Assembly: GCA_977020255.1 (NCBI GenBank) | Contig: CDROCS010000506.1 | Coordinates: forward strand, 3,038,001 to 3,102,000 | Source: Obrimoposthia wandeli | Lineage: Eukaryota | DNA: 64,000 nt | Direction of reading: 5' to 3' | Shown: in pieces, positions 11,349 through 23,830 of the stretch | Numbering within the stretch: the stretch's first letter is position 1 | Layout: every line of letters starts with the position of its first letter | Made by a program: the position numbers and the translations under genes | Notes under the pieces: generated by a model | What the model saw: the letters and a program-made list of their open reading frames with translations, nothing else | What the model was told of the DNA's origin: nothing | The model's database searches: none

Positions 11349-11828
11349 ATGTTAGACCTATTACCCGATCTATGTGATCAACATTTCGATAAATTATCCG
11401 TGATGGACCCTATTTTTCAAAGTTATGGTAAAGCGACTATTTTTAGTGGCCAAGCGGTAACCGTTAAATGTTTTGAAGATAACTCCTTAGTAAAAGAACT
11501 GGCTGGTACGCCAGGACAGGGGCGTATTTTAGTCATTGATGGCGGCGGCTCCACACGACGTGCGTTGCTCGGCGATATGATTGCTGAAAATGCAGTCAGT
11601 AATGGCTGGGCAGGTTTTGTGATTTATGGTGCTATTCGTGATGTAGCGACGATTAATACCCTGGAACTTGGCGTTAAAGCGATCACCGCTTGCCCGGTAA
11701 AAACGGACAAACGTGGTTTGGGTGATGCTGGTATCGATTTACACTTTGCTGGGGTGAGGATTGCCGAAGGTGATTATATCTACGCTGATTTAAACGGTGT
11801 CGTGGTCGCAAAAGAGCCCTTGTTGTAA
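11349..11828 (+). CDS. rraA: RraA family protein (RNase E regulator / HMG aldolase-like)
   Basis: DLCD, VKCFEDNSLV, DGGGS...ALLGD, GAIRD, GDYIYADLNG. Confidence 0.85.
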   Translation: MLDLLPDLCDQHFDKLSVMDPIFQSYGKATIFSGQAVTVKCFEDNSLVKELAGTPGQGRILVIDGGGSTRRALLGDMIAENAVSNGWAGFVIYGAIRDVATINTLELGVKAITACPVKTDKRGLGDAGIDLHFAGVRIAEGDYIYADLNGVVVAKEPLL

Positions 11829-11906
11829 CTGACTCTCTGCAAGTAGGAGTAGATAGGTAGCTTATCTATTCCTACTATTATCTACTACTACCTATTCATT
11901 CTCGCG

Positions 11907-13634
11907 TTATTCATCATCTCGGGTAAAGCGGCGCGCGCGGCGATAAGGGAATACATCATTGTATTTACCGCGACTGATATTGTCTTGCAGTCCTTTCCAA
12001 TAATTCGCATCGAGCAAGTCGGCATGATACTTCTTAAACAACTTGTTAATTTCAGGTCGTGATAATAAGAAGGTCTCAAACTCTTCTGGAAATACATCAT
12101 TGGGTGCAACGGCAAACCAAGGCTGCGCCATCATCATGTCTTCTGGATAACGCGATTTGGGAATATAGCGAAAGTTCACCTCATGCATATACGATATTTC
12201 ATCATAATCGTAGAAAATCACCCGATTATGGCGGGTTACACCAAAGTTTTTAAACAACATATCACCTGGGAAGATATCCGCGGCGGCGAGCTGTTTGATG
12301 GCATTACCGTATTCATCAATGGCATTATCAAGTTCTTGTTCGTTTGCTTGTTCAAGATACATGTTCAGTGGGATCATCTTACGTTCAATATACAGATGCT
12401 TGATAACCACTTTACTGTTGGTCAGCTTGACCACCGACGGCGCGACGGCTAATAACTCATCGAGCAGTTCCTGACTGAAGCGATCTTTGGGAAAAGCAAA
12501 ATTCTTAAATTGTTGAGTATCTGCCATGCGGCCAACACGATCGTGAGATTTAACGATCTGATACTTGGCTTTTACCGTGGCATGATCGATTTGCTTCGGT
12601 GGTGCAAACTCATCTTTAATGATCTTAAACACCACACCATAAGAAGGTAGGGTAAATACGCTCATCACCATGCCTTTAATACCCGGGGCAATAATAAACT
12701 TATCGTCAGAAGTATTGAGGTGCTTTATATAGTGGCGGAAAAATTCTGTTTTAGCATGTTTTTGACAACCGATCGCCGAGTAGATCTCAAAGTTGGTTTT
12801 GTGCGGGATCATCGGTTTTAAAAACTGCACGATAGCACCCGGTTCTGGGGCATAAACAAAGAAGTAAGCACGGGCAAAACCAAACAGAATACTGGTTTCT
12901 TCTTTTTCAAAAATAACCGTATCTAAATAGATCTCGTTTTCTTCATTATTTAAAATCGGGAATACCAATGGGTACATTTTCCCATCAGCAAAAATCTTAC
13001 CCATCAGGTAAGCGCCCTTGTTACGATAAAATACTTCATTAAGCATGTGCACTTCGATGTGCTTGGCATCGGTGAGTTGTTTTGGTGCATGCTCATTGAG
13101 ATAAGTAACGACATTCGCCAAGTCGCGATCTAAATTTTCCCAGCGCGCAGTAAACGTATAACCAGTAATGATCTTGCGTAAGATCACCGAGAAGTTGCCA
13201 CCACGGGTATAGCTACGATAAAAGTTGTTGGGATAACCTGGATCACGTACACGGTTGGCGTTGGTAATAAATAATTGGTCTTTGTAGATATTGGTGTGTT
13301 TAAACACTCGACGATAAACAGAGTTAAAGAAACTCTCGGCAATTTCAAAATTAGGGTAATGCTGTAACAGTGCCTCGTACTCACATTTAATACTTTGTAA
13401 AAACGGTTGATCGGCTTCTATTTCAAGGGTGAGTTCTTGCATTTGTTGTGCGGTTTTACCGACGTGGTAATCATATAAGCTGATACGTTTTTTTGCGGCG
13501 ATTTGCACACCATGCCAATCGGCATTTTCAAAACGTAATTTGGCACCACGGGTGACTTCTAAAAAACGGCTATAAAAAGCATCACATGACGCTAATATAG
13601 AACCGGCAATTTGTGCTTCTAACACTTTTTCCAT
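11907..13634 (-). CDS. aceK: Isocitrate dehydrogenase kinase/phosphatase
   Basis: APGIKGMVM, HDRVGRMADTQ, IFPGDMLFKNFG, FYDYDEI. Start at 13634 (MEKVLE) has an AAGGA RBS; the ORF track start is 13667. Confidence 0.95.
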   Translation of the reverse strand: MEKVLEAQIAGSILASCDAFYSRFLEVTRGAKLRFENADWHGVQIAAKKRISLYDYHVGKTAQQMQELTLEIEADQPFLQSIKCEYEALLQHYPNFEIAESFFNSVYRRVFKHTNIYKDQLFITNANRVRDPGYPNNFYRSYTRGGNFSVILRKIITGYTFTARWENLDRDLANVVTYLNEHAPKQLTDAKHIEVHMLNEVFYRNKGAYLMGKIFADGKMYPLVFPILNNEENEIYLDTVIFEKEETSILFGFARAYFFVYAPEPGAIVQFLKPMIPHKTNFEIYSAIGCQKHAKTEFFRHYIKHLNTSDDKFIIAPGIKGMVMSVFTLPSYGVVFKIIKDEFAPPKQIDHATVKAKYQIVKSHDRVGRMADTQQFKNFAFPKDRFSQELLDELLAVAPSVVKLTNSKVVIKHLYIERKMIPLNMYLEQANEQELDNAIDEYGNAIKQLAAADIFPGDMLFKNFGVTRHNRVIFYDYDEISYMHEVNFRYIPKSRYPEDMMMAQPWFAVAPNDVFPEEFETFLLSRPEINKLFKKYHADLLDANYWKGLQDNISRGKYNDVFPYRRARRFTRDDE

Positions 13635-13851
13635 ACAACAAATCCTTGGACGTAAGACATGCTTCAATATCGCAATGTTTTTACATTATTTCAACATGTT
13701 TACTCTTAATTTCAACATCTTTAGCTTGATTTAGTGATACTGCCGTAGACAACTAAATCGATTTTAAACTTGATTAACGTCGCATTTTTTGATATTGCTA
13801 TAGGTATTGGAATTATAAACAAATTACTTAACAGACTATATATAAACAATT

Positions 13852-13917
13852 ATGACTTATTGCCTAGCGTTCATTACCACCACCATTATTAACACTGTTA
13901 TTACAACGGTGGGATGA
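13852..13917 (+). CDS. thrL: thr operon leader peptide MTYCLAFITTTIINTVITTVG
   Basis: 21 codons with 7 Thr and 4 Ile, directly upstream of a terminator hairpin and thrA. Confidence 0.9.
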   Translation: MTYCLAFITTTIINTVITTVG

Positions 13918-13942
13918 TACGTAGGGCTAAGACAGAAATAAT

Positions 13943-13978
13943 AAAAAAGCCCGTTACCATTTTGGAACGGGCTTTTTT
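13943..13978 (+). terminator. thr attenuator terminator
   Basis: AAAAAAGCCCGTT...AACGGGCTTTTTT; the upstream ACGTAGGGCT could pair with AGCCCGT as an antiterminator. Confidence 0.88.
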
Positions 13979-13998
13979 GTATCAAAAAGGAGCAAAGG

Positions 13999-16458
13999 AT
14001 GCGAGTTTTAAAATTTGGTGGTACATCGTTAGCGAATGCTGAACGATTTGCCTGTGCTGCAGATATCTCTGTGAGTAACATTGAACAATCACAGGTAGCA
14101 TTGGTATTATCTGCGCCAGCCAAAGTAACCAACAACTTAGTTGCCGCGGTGCAACAAACAGTTCGCGGTCTTGACGCTGAATCTTCATTAGAAGAAATCG
14201 ACGGTATTTTTAAAGCGCTTGTTGCAGGGTTAAAAACGCAATACGTTAATTTTAATGCTGACATAGCATTAACGCAGGTTGCAGAAGCATTAGCGACATT
14301 AAGAGAATATTTACACGGCGTAAAATTATTATCGCAATGCCCTGAAAATATTGAAGCTAAGATTTTAAGCACCGGTGAAAAACTCAGTATTGTTTGCATG
14401 GAGCAACTGTTATTAGCACGTGGTTTTAAAGTTGAAGTGATCGTACCGCAAGACAAACTTGTTGGTAAAGGCAGTGTATTAGAAGCATCGGTAGACATTG
14501 ATGCATCCCGTGCTCGTTTCGAACAAGAGCCAATTAAAACTGACCACATCTATTTAATGCCTGGTTTCACTGCTGGCGACGAACAAGGCAACACCGTTGT
14601 ACTTGGTCGTAATGGTTCAGATTATTCAGCAGCAGTATTAGCAGCGTGTCTGTATGCGGATTGTTGTGAGATCTGGACAGACGTAGACGGTGTTTACGCT
14701 TGTGATCCACGTTTAGTAAAAGATGCCAAACTGCTTAAAACATTAAGCTATCCTGAAGCAATGGAATTGTCTTATTTTGGCGCGAAAGTATTACACCCAA
14801 AAACAATTGCTCCGATTGCTCAGCACCACATTCCTTGTTTGATTAAGAATACGCAAAACCCAGAAGGCGAAGGCACATTAATTGGCGGTCTAATGTCAAA
14901 AACCCAAGCTGAAGTGAAATCATTATCAGAGCTAAGTGGCATGACAATGATTAACGTATCTGGTCCGGGTATGAAAGGCATGGTTGGCATGGCTGGCCGT
15001 ATCTTTGAAACTGTTTCTCGTGCGGGTGTATCGATTGCCCTTATTACTCAGTCATCATCAGAATACAGCGTCAGTTTCTGTATCCACAGCTATGATGCGG
15101 GTAAAGCGAAGCTCGCATTGAATAATGAATTTAATCTTGAGATCAGCAATCAGCTACTTGAGCCTATCGAAATGCGTGATGGTTTAGCTATCGTGTCTCT
15201 CGTCGGTGATGGCATGCGTAAAGCCAATGGCATCGCAGCCCGTTTCTTCACTGCATTAGCACAAGCATCGGTTAACCTAGTGGCAATCGCCCAAGGTTCT
15301 TCAGAGCGTTCTATTTCTGCAGTGATTGATGAAAGCCAAGCTAATGATGCAATTAAAGCGTCGCACAATATTTTCTTCGGTAAGCAACAATACATCGACC
15401 TGTTCTTATTAGGTTGTGGTGGTGTTGGCGCAGCATTAGTAGAGCAAATTAAACGTCAAAAAGCATTCTTAGCTGAACGTCAAATCGAGATCCGCGTATG
15501 TGGTATCGCTAATAGCCGTCAAATGTTATTAGATTCAGAAGGTTTGGAATTAACTAATTGGGCAGAAGATCTAACTGCAAGTAACATTGAATTCTCATTA
15601 ACAGCGTTGGAAGACTTGGTTAAAAACAGCCACATCATCAACCCTGTGATTGTTGATTGTACGAGTAATGATAATCTTGCTAGCCAGTATGTTGATTTCC
15701 TTGGTAGTGGTTTTCATGTTGTCGCGGCGAATAAGAAAGCCAACACCATGAGCATGGATTATTACCACGAGTTGCGTTCAACAGCCTTAAAAACGCGTCG
15801 TCGTTTCTTATACGATACCAACGTAGGTGCTGGCCTGCCAGTGATCGAAAATCTACAAAACTTATTAAGTGCTGGTGATGAGCTAGAGCGCTTTAACGGT
15901 ATTTTATCGGGTTCAATGTCATACATCTTCGGTAAGTTAGATGAAGGCATGAGTTTTTCAGAGGCAACAGCACAAGCGCGTGACAATGGCTTTACTGAAC
16001 CTGATCCACGTGAAGATCTAAGCGGCATGGATATCGCCCGTAAATTATTGATTATTGCGCGTGAAGCGGGCATGGATTTAACGTTAGACCAAGTTGAAGT
16101 CGAAGAAGCTATTCCAGCTGGCTTTGATGCTACTGGTACCAATGAAGAGTTTATGGCGAACTTGCCAAAAGCAGATGCGTACTTTGCTGACCTGCAAGCA
16201 ACAGCTGCACAAGAAGGCAAAGTATTACGTTATATCGGCCAGATTGAAGACGGTAAATGCAAAGTATCCATTGCTGCCGTACCAGAATCTGATCCACTGA
16301 ATAAAGTCAAAGATGGCGAGAATGCATTAGCGTTTTACAGCCGTTATTATCAACCAATCCCGATGGTATTACGTGGTTATGGTGCAGGTTCAGAAGTGAC
16401 TGCAGCAGGCGTATTTGCCGATGTATTACGTACCCTTAACTGGAAGCAGGAGGTTTAG
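13999..16458 (+). CDS. thrA: Bifunctional aspartokinase I / homoserine dehydrogenase I
   Basis: [48 protein letters not shown]. Confidence 0.98.
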   Translation: MRVLKFGGTSLANAERFACAADISVSNIEQSQVALVLSAPAKVTNNLVAAVQQTVRGLDAESSLEEIDGIFKALVAGLKTQYVNFNADIALTQVAEALATLREYLHGVKLLSQCPENIEAKILSTGEKLSIVCMEQLLLARGFKVEVIVPQDKLVGKGSVLEASVDIDASRARFEQEPIKTDHIYLMPGFTAGDEQGNTVVLGRNGSDYSAAVLAACLYADCCEIWTDVDGVYACDPRLVKDAKLLKTLSYPEAMELSYFGAKVLHPKTIAPIAQHHIPCLIKNTQNPEGEGTLIGGLMSKTQAEVKSLSELSGMTMINVSGPGMKGMVGMAGRIFETVSRAGVSIALITQSSSEYSVSFCIHSYDAGKAKLALNNEFNLEISNQLLEPIEMRDGLAIVSLVGDGMRKANGIAARFFTALAQASVNLVAIAQGSSERSISAVIDESQANDAIKASHNIFFGKQQYIDLFLLGCGGVGAALVEQIKRQKAFLAERQIEIRVCGIANSRQMLLDSEGLELTNWAEDLTASNIEFSLTALEDLVKNSHIINPVIVDCTSNDNLASQYVDFLGSGFHVVAANKKANTMSMDYYHELRSTALKTRRRFLYDTNVGAGLPVIENLQNLLSAGDELERFNGILSGSMSYIFGKLDEGMSFSEATAQARDNGFTEPDPREDLSGMDIARKLLIIAREAGMDLTLDQVEVEEAIPAGFDATGTNEEFMANLPKADAYFADLQATAAQEGKVLRYIGQIEDGKCKVSIAAVPESDPLNKVKDGENALAFYSRYYQPIPMVLRGYGAGSEVTAAGVFADVLRTLNWKQEV

Positions 16459-16460
16459 TC

Positions 16461-17417
16461 ATGAGTATTGTTGTATTCGCACCGGCATCGGTAGCAAATG
16501 TAAGTGCAGGTTTTGATGCATTAGGTTTTCCGATTGCGCCGATTGACGGTTCACTCATCGGTGATAAAGTATTTATTACCGATGCTGATTCGGCCTTTAG
16601 CTTAGTTTCTAGTGGTCGTTTTAAGCATAAACTGCCTGATGATTACCGTGAAAACATCATCTATGATTGTTATCTTGGTTATGCAGCTGCGTTAGAAAAA
16701 CGTGGTTTGAAAATCAAAAGTATCGCCATGGAGTTAGAAAAAAACTTACCGATTGGCAGTGGTTTAGGATCGAGTGCAGCGTCAATTGTTGCAGGCCTAG
16801 AAGCGCTGAATGTATTTCATGATAATACCCTTGGTGAACACGAAATGGTGTTACTTATGGGTGAGCTTGAAGGCAAAATCAGTGGTAGCGTGCATTATGA
16901 CAATGTCGCACCTTGTGCTTTAGGTGGCATGCAATTAATGCTCGGCGAAAATGGCGTGGTCAGTCAATCTGTGCCTTGTTTCGATGAATGGTATTGGGTA
17001 GTCGCTTATCCAGGTATTAGCATTTCAACAGCCGCTGCGCGTGACATTTTACCGACTGAATACAGCCGTGCTGATTGTTTAACGTATGGTCGTCACTTAG
17101 CAGGCTTTATTCACGCCTGTTATAGCAAACAACAAGATCTTGCTGCGTCGATGTTGAAAGATGTGATTGCAGAACCGTATCGTTCACAGCTTATTCCTAA
17201 ATTTGATGAAGTACGTGACTATGCTAAAGAACTCGGCGCGTTAGCAACTGGTATCTCAGGTTCAGGTCCAACGGTATTCAACGTGATGACTGACTTAGCG
17301 CAAGCTGAAAAGTTAAAAGCCTGGTTAGACGCTAACTTTATCCAAAACGGTGATGGTTTTACCCACATCTGTAAATTGGATAAACAGGGCGCACGTGTTG
17401 TTGGTTCGGCACTGTAA
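16461..17417 (+). CDS. thrB: Homoserine kinase
   Basis: [37 protein letters not shown]. Confidence 0.97.
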   Translation: MSIVVFAPASVANVSAGFDALGFPIAPIDGSLIGDKVFITDADSAFSLVSSGRFKHKLPDDYRENIIYDCYLGYAAALEKRGLKIKSIAMELEKNLPIGSGLGSSAASIVAGLEALNVFHDNTLGEHEMVLLMGELEGKISGSVHYDNVAPCALGGMQLMLGENGVVSQSVPCFDEWYWVVAYPGISISTAAARDILPTEYSRADCLTYGRHLAGFIHACYSKQQDLAASMLKDVIAEPYRSQLIPKFDEVRDYAKELGALATGISGSGPTVFNVMTDLAQAEKLKAWLDANFIQNGDGFTHICKLDKQGARVVGSAL

Positions 17418-17566
17418 TAATCTGTTGAAGTTAGGCTTTAAGAAATAGCAAAAATACTGCATGATTTTCTATTGAATCGAAGTAATAAGGGCTATATGCT
17501 CTTATGAAGTTAAGGATATGGCTATCATGCAGCTAGCACAAATAATGTTTTAGGGAATGAACAACA

Positions 17567-18841
17567 ATGAAATTATATAGCATTAAAGATCACGCAGAGA
17601 CAGTAAGCTTTTCACAAGCAGTGAAACAAGGCATGGGTAAAAACCAAGGTTTGTTCTTTCCAAGCGAAATTAATCCGATTGACGATATTGATGCCTTACT
17701 AGAGATGAACCTAGTAGATCGTAGTCGCGTTATTTTACAATCACTGATCGGTGATGAATTTAGCGAGCAAGAATTACATGACATTGTTGAAGGTGCGTTT
17801 AACTTTCCTGCGCCAGTAACCAAGATCAGCGACAAGATCAGCGCATTAGAATTATACCACGGTCCTACATTGGCATTTAAAGACTTTGGCGGCCGCTTCA
17901 TGGCGCAATGTCTATCGCGTTTGACGTCAGGTGAAAAAATCACAATCCTAACAGCAACGTCTGGTGATACTGGCGCTGCGGTTGCACATGCTTTCTACGG
18001 TATCGAAAATATCGAAGTTGTCGTCATGTATCCAAAAGGTAAGATCAGCTTCTTACAAGAACAAATGTTCTGTACGCTTGGTGGCAACATCCGCACTATC
18101 GCTGTAGACGGTGATTTTGATGCTTGTCAGGCATTAATGAAGCAATCATTTGATGATGCAGAATTGCGTGAGGCGATTGGCCTTAACTCAGCAAACTCGA
18201 TTAACATCAGCCGTTTGATGGCGCAGATCTGTTATTACTTTGAAGCATTCGCACAACTGCCAAAAGCACAACGTGCTCAAACAGTAGTATCAGTGCCAAG
18301 TGGTAACTTCGGTAACCTAACAGCAGGTTTACTTGCTAAAACATTAGGCCTACCGGTTAAACGCTTTATTGCTGCAACGAATATCAATGATACCGTGCCG
18401 CGTTATTTACAAAGCGGTGAATGGGATCCAAAAGCAACACAAGCAACCCTTTCTAATGCAATGGACGTGAGCGTACCAAGCAACTGGCCACGTATCGAAG
18501 AACTTGCACGTGTTAAAGGTTGGGACTTATCTGAACTAGCTTCTGACTTCTTATCTGATGAAGACACGAAACAAGCTGTTGTTGCACTCGATGAGCAAGG
18601 TTACTTATGTGAACCACATGGCGCGATTGCTTATGACCGTTTAGCGGCGCAATTAAGCGAAGATGAATTCGGTTTATTCTTATGTACTGCGCATCCAGCG
18701 AAGTTCAAAGAGTCTGTTGAAGACATTCTTGGTCGCGACATTGGTTTACCGCAAGAACTTGCTGATTGTGCAGACAAACCAAACTTATCGGTTGATATGG
18801 CAAATGATTTTGCTGCATTACGTGCATTATTGATGGCGTAG
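17567..18841 (+). CDS. thrC: Threonine synthase
   Basis: HGPTLAFKDFG PLP-lysine motif, ATSGDTG, PSGNFGN, TAHPAKF. Confidence 0.98.
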   Translation: MKLYSIKDHAETVSFSQAVKQGMGKNQGLFFPSEINPIDDIDALLEMNLVDRSRVILQSLIGDEFSEQELHDIVEGAFNFPAPVTKISDKISALELYHGPTLAFKDFGGRFMAQCLSRLTSGEKITILTATSGDTGAAVAHAFYGIENIEVVVMYPKGKISFLQEQMFCTLGGNIRTIAVDGDFDACQALMKQSFDDAELREAIGLNSANSINISRLMAQICYYFEAFAQLPKAQRAQTVVSVPSGNFGNLTAGLLAKTLGLPVKRFIAATNINDTVPRYLQSGEWDPKATQATLSNAMDVSVPSNWPRIEELARVKGWDLSELASDFLSDEDTKQAVVALDEQGYLCEPHGAIAYDRLAAQLSEDEFGLFLCTAHPAKFKESVEDILGRDIGLPQELADCADKPNLSVDMANDFAALRALLMA

Positions 18842-19111
18842 ACTAGCCTTAGTAACGGGCTCTCACATTTTGTGAGTATACCTTGTTTTTATGTCTCTCT
18901 AGATGACATGACAGCAAGGTATTTTTTTGTCTTCATTTCCACAATTAATCCACAACTCGGCTGGTTTTTAGGGCTTAAACGCTAAATTACGTTAATGTAA
19001 TGTTATTTCAGCACGGCAATATCAGTAATTATCGCTTGAATATCTTTGTTAACAGGGGTAGCGTTGCCCATTCGTACTAAAATAACAAGCTGAATTCAGA
19101 ATAAGGCATTT

Positions 19112-19978
19112 ATGGGTAAGGTATTAAAAGATCTTCTTGGACAGTTAACATTAGAAACCATTGAAGAAGGAATTTATCGTGGTCAAAGTCAAGATTTAGG
19201 ATTTGGCGCTGTATTTGGCGGCCAAGTGATGGGACAAGCATTATCGGCAGCAAAAGAAACCGTTTCTGCCGATCGAAAGGTGCATTCGTTTCATTCTTAT
19301 TTTCTGCGTGCTGGTGATGTTAAAAAGCCGATTATTTATGAAGTAGAAAAAATTCGCGATGGCGGTTCAATTACCACTCGCCGTGTTCGTGCTATCCAAA
19401 ATGGCAAAGCTATTTTCTACATGACAGCATCTTTCCAGATTGAACGTGAAGGTTACGACCATCAAGATGTGATGCCAGATGTACCACCACCGGAAGATCT
19501 GCTTTCAGAGCAAGACCATGTGTTATCACTGCGTGATGAGTTACCAGATGATATCTGTGCCAAGTTTGTGTGTGAAAGACCGATTGAAATGCGCCCAGTG
19601 CATTATCTTGATCCGTTAAACGAAGAGAAGTCGGCACCAGAGCGTTACATTTGGTTTAAAGCCAATGGTCAAATGCCAGACGATGCCCGTATTCATAAAT
19701 ATCTATTAGCTTACGCTTCTGATTTCTGTTTCTTACCAACGGCCTTACAACCGCACGGTAAAGGCTTTATGAGTCCGAACATGCAAGTCGTGACGATTGA
19801 TCATTCAATGTGGTTCCACCGTGATTTCCGCCTTGATGATTGGTTATTGTATGCAGTAGATAGTTCGAGTGCCTCTGCTACACGTGGTTTAGTACGCGGT
19901 CGTTTCTTTACCCGCGATGGCAAAATGGTTGCAACCACGATGCAAGAAGGCCTAATTCGTAACAGAGAGATCGCTTAA
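19112..19978 (+). CDS. tesB: Acyl-CoA thioesterase II
   Basis: [40 protein letters not shown]. Confidence 0.95.
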   Translation: MGKVLKDLLGQLTLETIEEGIYRGQSQDLGFGAVFGGQVMGQALSAAKETVSADRKVHSFHSYFLRAGDVKKPIIYEVEKIRDGGSITTRRVRAIQNGKAIFYMTASFQIEREGYDHQDVMPDVPPPEDLLSEQDHVLSLRDELPDDICAKFVCERPIEMRPVHYLDPLNEEKSAPERYIWFKANGQMPDDARIHKYLLAYASDFCFLPTALQPHGKGFMSPNMQVVTIDHSMWFHRDFRLDDWLLYAVDSSSASATRGLVRGRFFTRDGKMVATTMQEGLIRNREIA

Positions 19979-20171
19979 TTACGTACTTAATTACGTTATA
20001 GGTCAACATTTCGGTCAAAATGGCCGAAATGTTGTTTTATTACGAAAATTTGTGGGCGGGATCATGCTTTCCCGAAATTTATAAACATTTCCTACCTCGG
20101 CATATTCGCTTATGCCTAAATTTAATCTACAATGAAGTTCGTTTTTTGTTATTAGGTATTCAACCCCGATT

Positions 20172-21191
20172 ATGTCAATTAGAGTTGCGATTAATGGTTA
20201 CGGACGAATTGGACGCAGTGTTGTCCGAGCGTTGTATGAAAGTAACCGTCAGGATCAAATCCAGATCGTCGTTATTAACGAACTCGCCGATCCTGAAGCG
20301 ATAGTACACTTAACTCAATACGATTCAACGCATGGTCGTTTCCCCTTCCCAGTACAACTGGGTGATAACATATTACAAATTGAAAATGATTGTATTCATT
20401 TAGTCCGTCATCCTGAGCTTGCTGACTTACCTTGGCACGAACATGATATTGATATCGTACTCGATTGTACGGGTATCTTCGGTACTAAAGCAGACGCTGA
20501 TGCACACATAGCTGCCGGCGCTAAAAAAGTTATTTTTTCTCATCCAGCAAGTGCTGATGTTGATGCGACCGTTGTCTTCGGCGTGAATCATCAACAACTA
20601 ACCGGTGCAGAAACGTTTATATCAGGTGCATCTTGTACAACTAATTGCATGGTGCCTGTTATTAGCGTTTTAGATAAAGCGTTTGATATTAAATGCGGCA
20701 CGATCACCACGATTCATTCCGCGATGAATGATCAACCTGTTATTGATTCTTATCATTCAGATTTGCGCCGCACACGTGCTGCAAGTCATTCTATTATTCC
20801 GGTTGATACAAAATTAGCGGCAGGTATTGAACGTATCTTGCCAAAATTTGCGAATAAATTTGAAGCGATTGCTGTGCGCGTTCCCACGTTGAACGTCACT
20901 GCGATGGATTTAAGCATCACAGTTAGCAAAAACGTAACGGTTGAAGATATTAACCGCTGCTTACTTGCTGCATCAGAAACTGAATTAAAAGGGATCTTGG
21001 GTTATACCGAGGCTCCATTAGTATCGATAGACTTTAACCACGACCCACGCTCTAGCATCATTGATGGCACTCAAACACGAGTTAGTGATGGTCACTTGGT
21101 TAAATTGTTAGCCTGGTGTGATAACGAATGGGGCTTTGCTAACCGTCTACTTGATACGACTTATTACGTCGCTGTTTTAGCGCATAAATAG
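20172..21191 (+). CDS. epd: Erythrose-4-phosphate dehydrogenase
   Basis: [26 protein letters not shown]; located upstream of pgk. Confidence 0.95.
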   Translation: MSIRVAINGYGRIGRSVVRALYESNRQDQIQIVVINELADPEAIVHLTQYDSTHGRFPFPVQLGDNILQIENDCIHLVRHPELADLPWHEHDIDIVLDCTGIFGTKADADAHIAAGAKKVIFSHPASADVDATVVFGVNHQQLTGAETFISGASCTTNCMVPVISVLDKAFDIKCGTITTIHSAMNDQPVIDSYHSDLRRTRAASHSIIPVDTKLAAGIERILPKFANKFEAIAVRVPTLNVTAMDLSITVSKNVTVEDINRCLLAASETELKGILGYTEAPLVSIDFNHDPRSSIIDGTQTRVSDGHLVKLLAWCDNEWGFANRLLDTTYYVAVLAHK

Positions 21192-21234
21192 ATTTAAATA
21201 AATTTTATAAAATTGATATTTTAAGGATTGAACG

Positions 21235-22401
21235 ATGAATATTATTAAAATGGCAGATCTTGATCTTGCAGGTCAACGTGTATTAATTCGTGCTGATTTA
21301 AACGTACCAATTAAAAATGGCAAAGTAACATCTGACGCGCGTATCCGTGCTTCATTACCAACAATCAAACTTGCACTTGCTGCGGGCGCAAAAGTGATGG
21401 TTACATCACACCTTGGACGTCCAACTGAAGGCGAATTCGCACAAGAGTTCTCACTAGAGCCTGTTGTAAACTACCTTAAAGAAGCGTTAGAAAATAACGT
21501 TGTACTAGCAAGTGATTACCTAGACGGTTTAGAACTAAACGCAGGTGAATTAGTTGTACTAGAAAACGTACGCTTTAATAAAGGCGAAAAGAAAAACGAA
21601 GAAGGTCTTTCTAAAGCATACGCAGCATTATGTGACGTATTCGTGATGGATGCATTTGGTACGGCTCACCGTGCTCAAGCATCTACACACGGCGTAGGCA
21701 TGTATGCACCTGTTGCTTGTGCTGGTCCACTACTAAGCGCTGAACTTGAAGCACTAGGCAAAGCAATGGACAAGCCAGCTCGTCCAATGTTAGCAATCGT
21801 TGGTGGTTCTAAAGTATCAACTAAACTTACTGTTCTTGATTCATTATCAACGATTGCTGATCAGCTAGTTGTTGGTGGCGGTATTGCGAATACATTCATC
21901 GCAGCACAAGGCCACAACGTTGGTAAATCACTGTGTGAACATGACTTAATTGATACAGCTAAAGCATTAATGGCTAAATGTGAAATCCCAGTAGCAACTG
22001 ACGTACTAGTAGCAACTGAATTTTCAGAAACAGCTGAAGCAACATTGAAAGCAGCATCAGACGTAAACGATGACGACATGATCTTCGATTTAGGTCCTGA
22101 ATCTGCAAACAAACTTGCTGAAATGATTAAAGAAGCTAAAACAATTATCTGGAATGGTCCAGTTGGCGTATTTGAATTCGCTAACTTTTCACAAGGTACA
22201 GAAATCATTGGCCGCGCAATTGCAGAAAGTGATGCTTTCTCTATCGCTGGTGGCGGTGACACATTAGCAGCTATCGATCAATTCGGTCTAACTGACGGTA
22301 TCTCTTATATCTCTACAGGTGGCGGCGCGTTCCTTGAATTTGTAGAAGGTAAAGTATTACCAGCAGTAGCAATGTTAGAAGAACGTGCAAAAAACGCATA
22401 A
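21235..22401 (+). CDS. pgk: Phosphoglycerate kinase
   Basis: [31 protein letters not shown]. Confidence 0.99.
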   Translation: MNIIKMADLDLAGQRVLIRADLNVPIKNGKVTSDARIRASLPTIKLALAAGAKVMVTSHLGRPTEGEFAQEFSLEPVVNYLKEALENNVVLASDYLDGLELNAGELVVLENVRFNKGEKKNEEGLSKAYAALCDVFVMDAFGTAHRAQASTHGVGMYAPVACAGPLLSAELEALGKAMDKPARPMLAIVGGSKVSTKLTVLDSLSTIADQLVVGGGIANTFIAAQGHNVGKSLCEHDLIDTAKALMAKCEIPVATDVLVATEFSETAEATLKAASDVNDDDMIFDLGPESANKLAEMIKEAKTIIWNGPVGVFEFANFSQGTEIIGRAIAESDAFSIAGGGDTLAAIDQFGLTDGISYISTGGGAFLEFVEGKVLPAVAMLEERAKNA

Positions 22402-22569
22402 CTAACAAATGAATAAAAGCAATGTGAATAAATAAAATTATAACGAATCGTTGTTTTGTTGCCACGCCTCTAGCGCTGTAAAAGTTAGATTAATAGTGGC
22501 AACAAAAGTATTTTAAAATTAGTGCTGAATGACTCAGTACTCAAATATTTAAACAATAAGGCTCATATT

Positions 22570-23646
22570 ATGTCTAAGATCTTTGATGTTGTAAAACCAG
22601 GTGTTGTAACAGGCGATGACGTGCAAAAAGTTTTTGCAATCGCTAAAGAAAACAACTTCGCTCTACCTGCTGTAAACATGGTAAGCACTGATTCAATCAA
22701 CGGTACATTAGAAGCGGCTAAAAAATCTAATTCTCCAGTGATCATTCAGTTCTCACACGGCGGCGCTGCATTCTTCGCTGGTAAAGGTATTGGTCTTGAA
22801 GGTCACGGCGGTTCTATCATGGGCGCTATCGCCGGTGCTAAATACGTACACGTTATGGCTGAATCTTATGGTGTTCCAGTTATCATCCATACAGATCACG
22901 CGGCTAAGAAATTACTTCCTTGGATCGACGGACTACTAGACGCTGGTGAAGAATTCTTCGCACAAACTGGTAAGCCACTATTCAGCTCACACATGTTAGA
23001 TCTTTCTGAAGAATCTTTAGAAGAAAACATCGCGACTTGTGGTGAATACCTAGCGCGTATGGCTAAGATGGACATGACTATCGAAATCGAACTAGGTTGT
23101 ACTGGTGGTGAAGAAGATGGCGTAGACAACTCTGACATGGACGCATCTGAGCTTTACACTTCTCCAGAAGACGTTGCATACGCTTACGAAAAACTGAACG
23201 CTATCAGCCCACGTTTCACTATCGCTGCATCTTTCGGTAACGTACACGGTGTATACAAGCCAGGTAACGTTGTTCTTACTCCAACTATCCTACGTGATTC
23301 ACAAGCATACGTTTCAGAGAAATTTGGTCTACCAACTAACTCTCTAAACTTCGTATTCCACGGTGGTTCAGGTTCTTCAGAAGCTGAAATCCAAGAATCA
23401 ATCGGTTACGGTGTTGTTAAAATGAACATCGATACTGATACACAGTGGGCTACTTGGGAAGGTATCAAAGACTACTACGAAGGTAAGAAAGAATTCCTTC
23501 AAGGCCAAATCGGTAACCCAACTGGCGTTGATGCGCCAAACAAGAAGCATTATGACCCACGTGTATGGTTACGCGCTGGTCAAACAAGTCTTGTAGCTCG
23601 TCTAGAACAAGCTCACAAAGATCTAAACAGTGTAGACGTACTATAA
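22570..23646 (+). CDS. fbaA: Fructose-bisphosphate aldolase class II
   Basis: MSKIFD start at 22570; HTDHA, GNVHGVY, HGGSG, YDPRVW. Confidence 0.98.
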   Translation: MSKIFDVVKPGVVTGDDVQKVFAIAKENNFALPAVNMVSTDSINGTLEAAKKSNSPVIIQFSHGGAAFFAGKGIGLEGHGGSIMGAIAGAKYVHVMAESYGVPVIIHTDHAAKKLLPWIDGLLDAGEEFFAQTGKPLFSSHMLDLSEESLEENIATCGEYLARMAKMDMTIEIELGCTGGEEDGVDNSDMDASELYTSPEDVAYAYEKLNAISPRFTIAASFGNVHGVYKPGNVVLTPTILRDSQAYVSEKFGLPTNSLNFVFHGGSGSSEAEIQESIGYGVVKMNIDTDTQWATWEGIKDYYEGKKEFLQGQIGNPTGVDAPNKKHYDPRVWLRAGQTSLVARLEQAHKDLNSVDVL

Positions 23647-23686
23647 TTATCCGTTAATATTCGGATTATTTAGACGGTTACTTGTT

Positions 23687-23721
23687 AATGCCGCAGACCT
23701 TAGGTCTGCGGCATTTTTTTT
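23687..23721 (+). terminator. Terminator of epd-pgk-fbaA
   Basis: AATGCCGCAGACCT/AGGTCTGCGGCATT followed by a T-run. Confidence 0.9.
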
Positions 23722-23830
23722 ACCATAAATAACGCATAACAAAAAGGAAGTAGTTGAAGGATAATATATTTTAAGTAAACTCTGTGTTTCCATCTTATTG
23801 ATTAACATGTAAATAAATCTATATAACTGA

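Noticed and set aside
13857-14549. 230-aa minus-strand ORF
   Set aside because: Antisense shadow of thrL/thrA with no recognisable motif.
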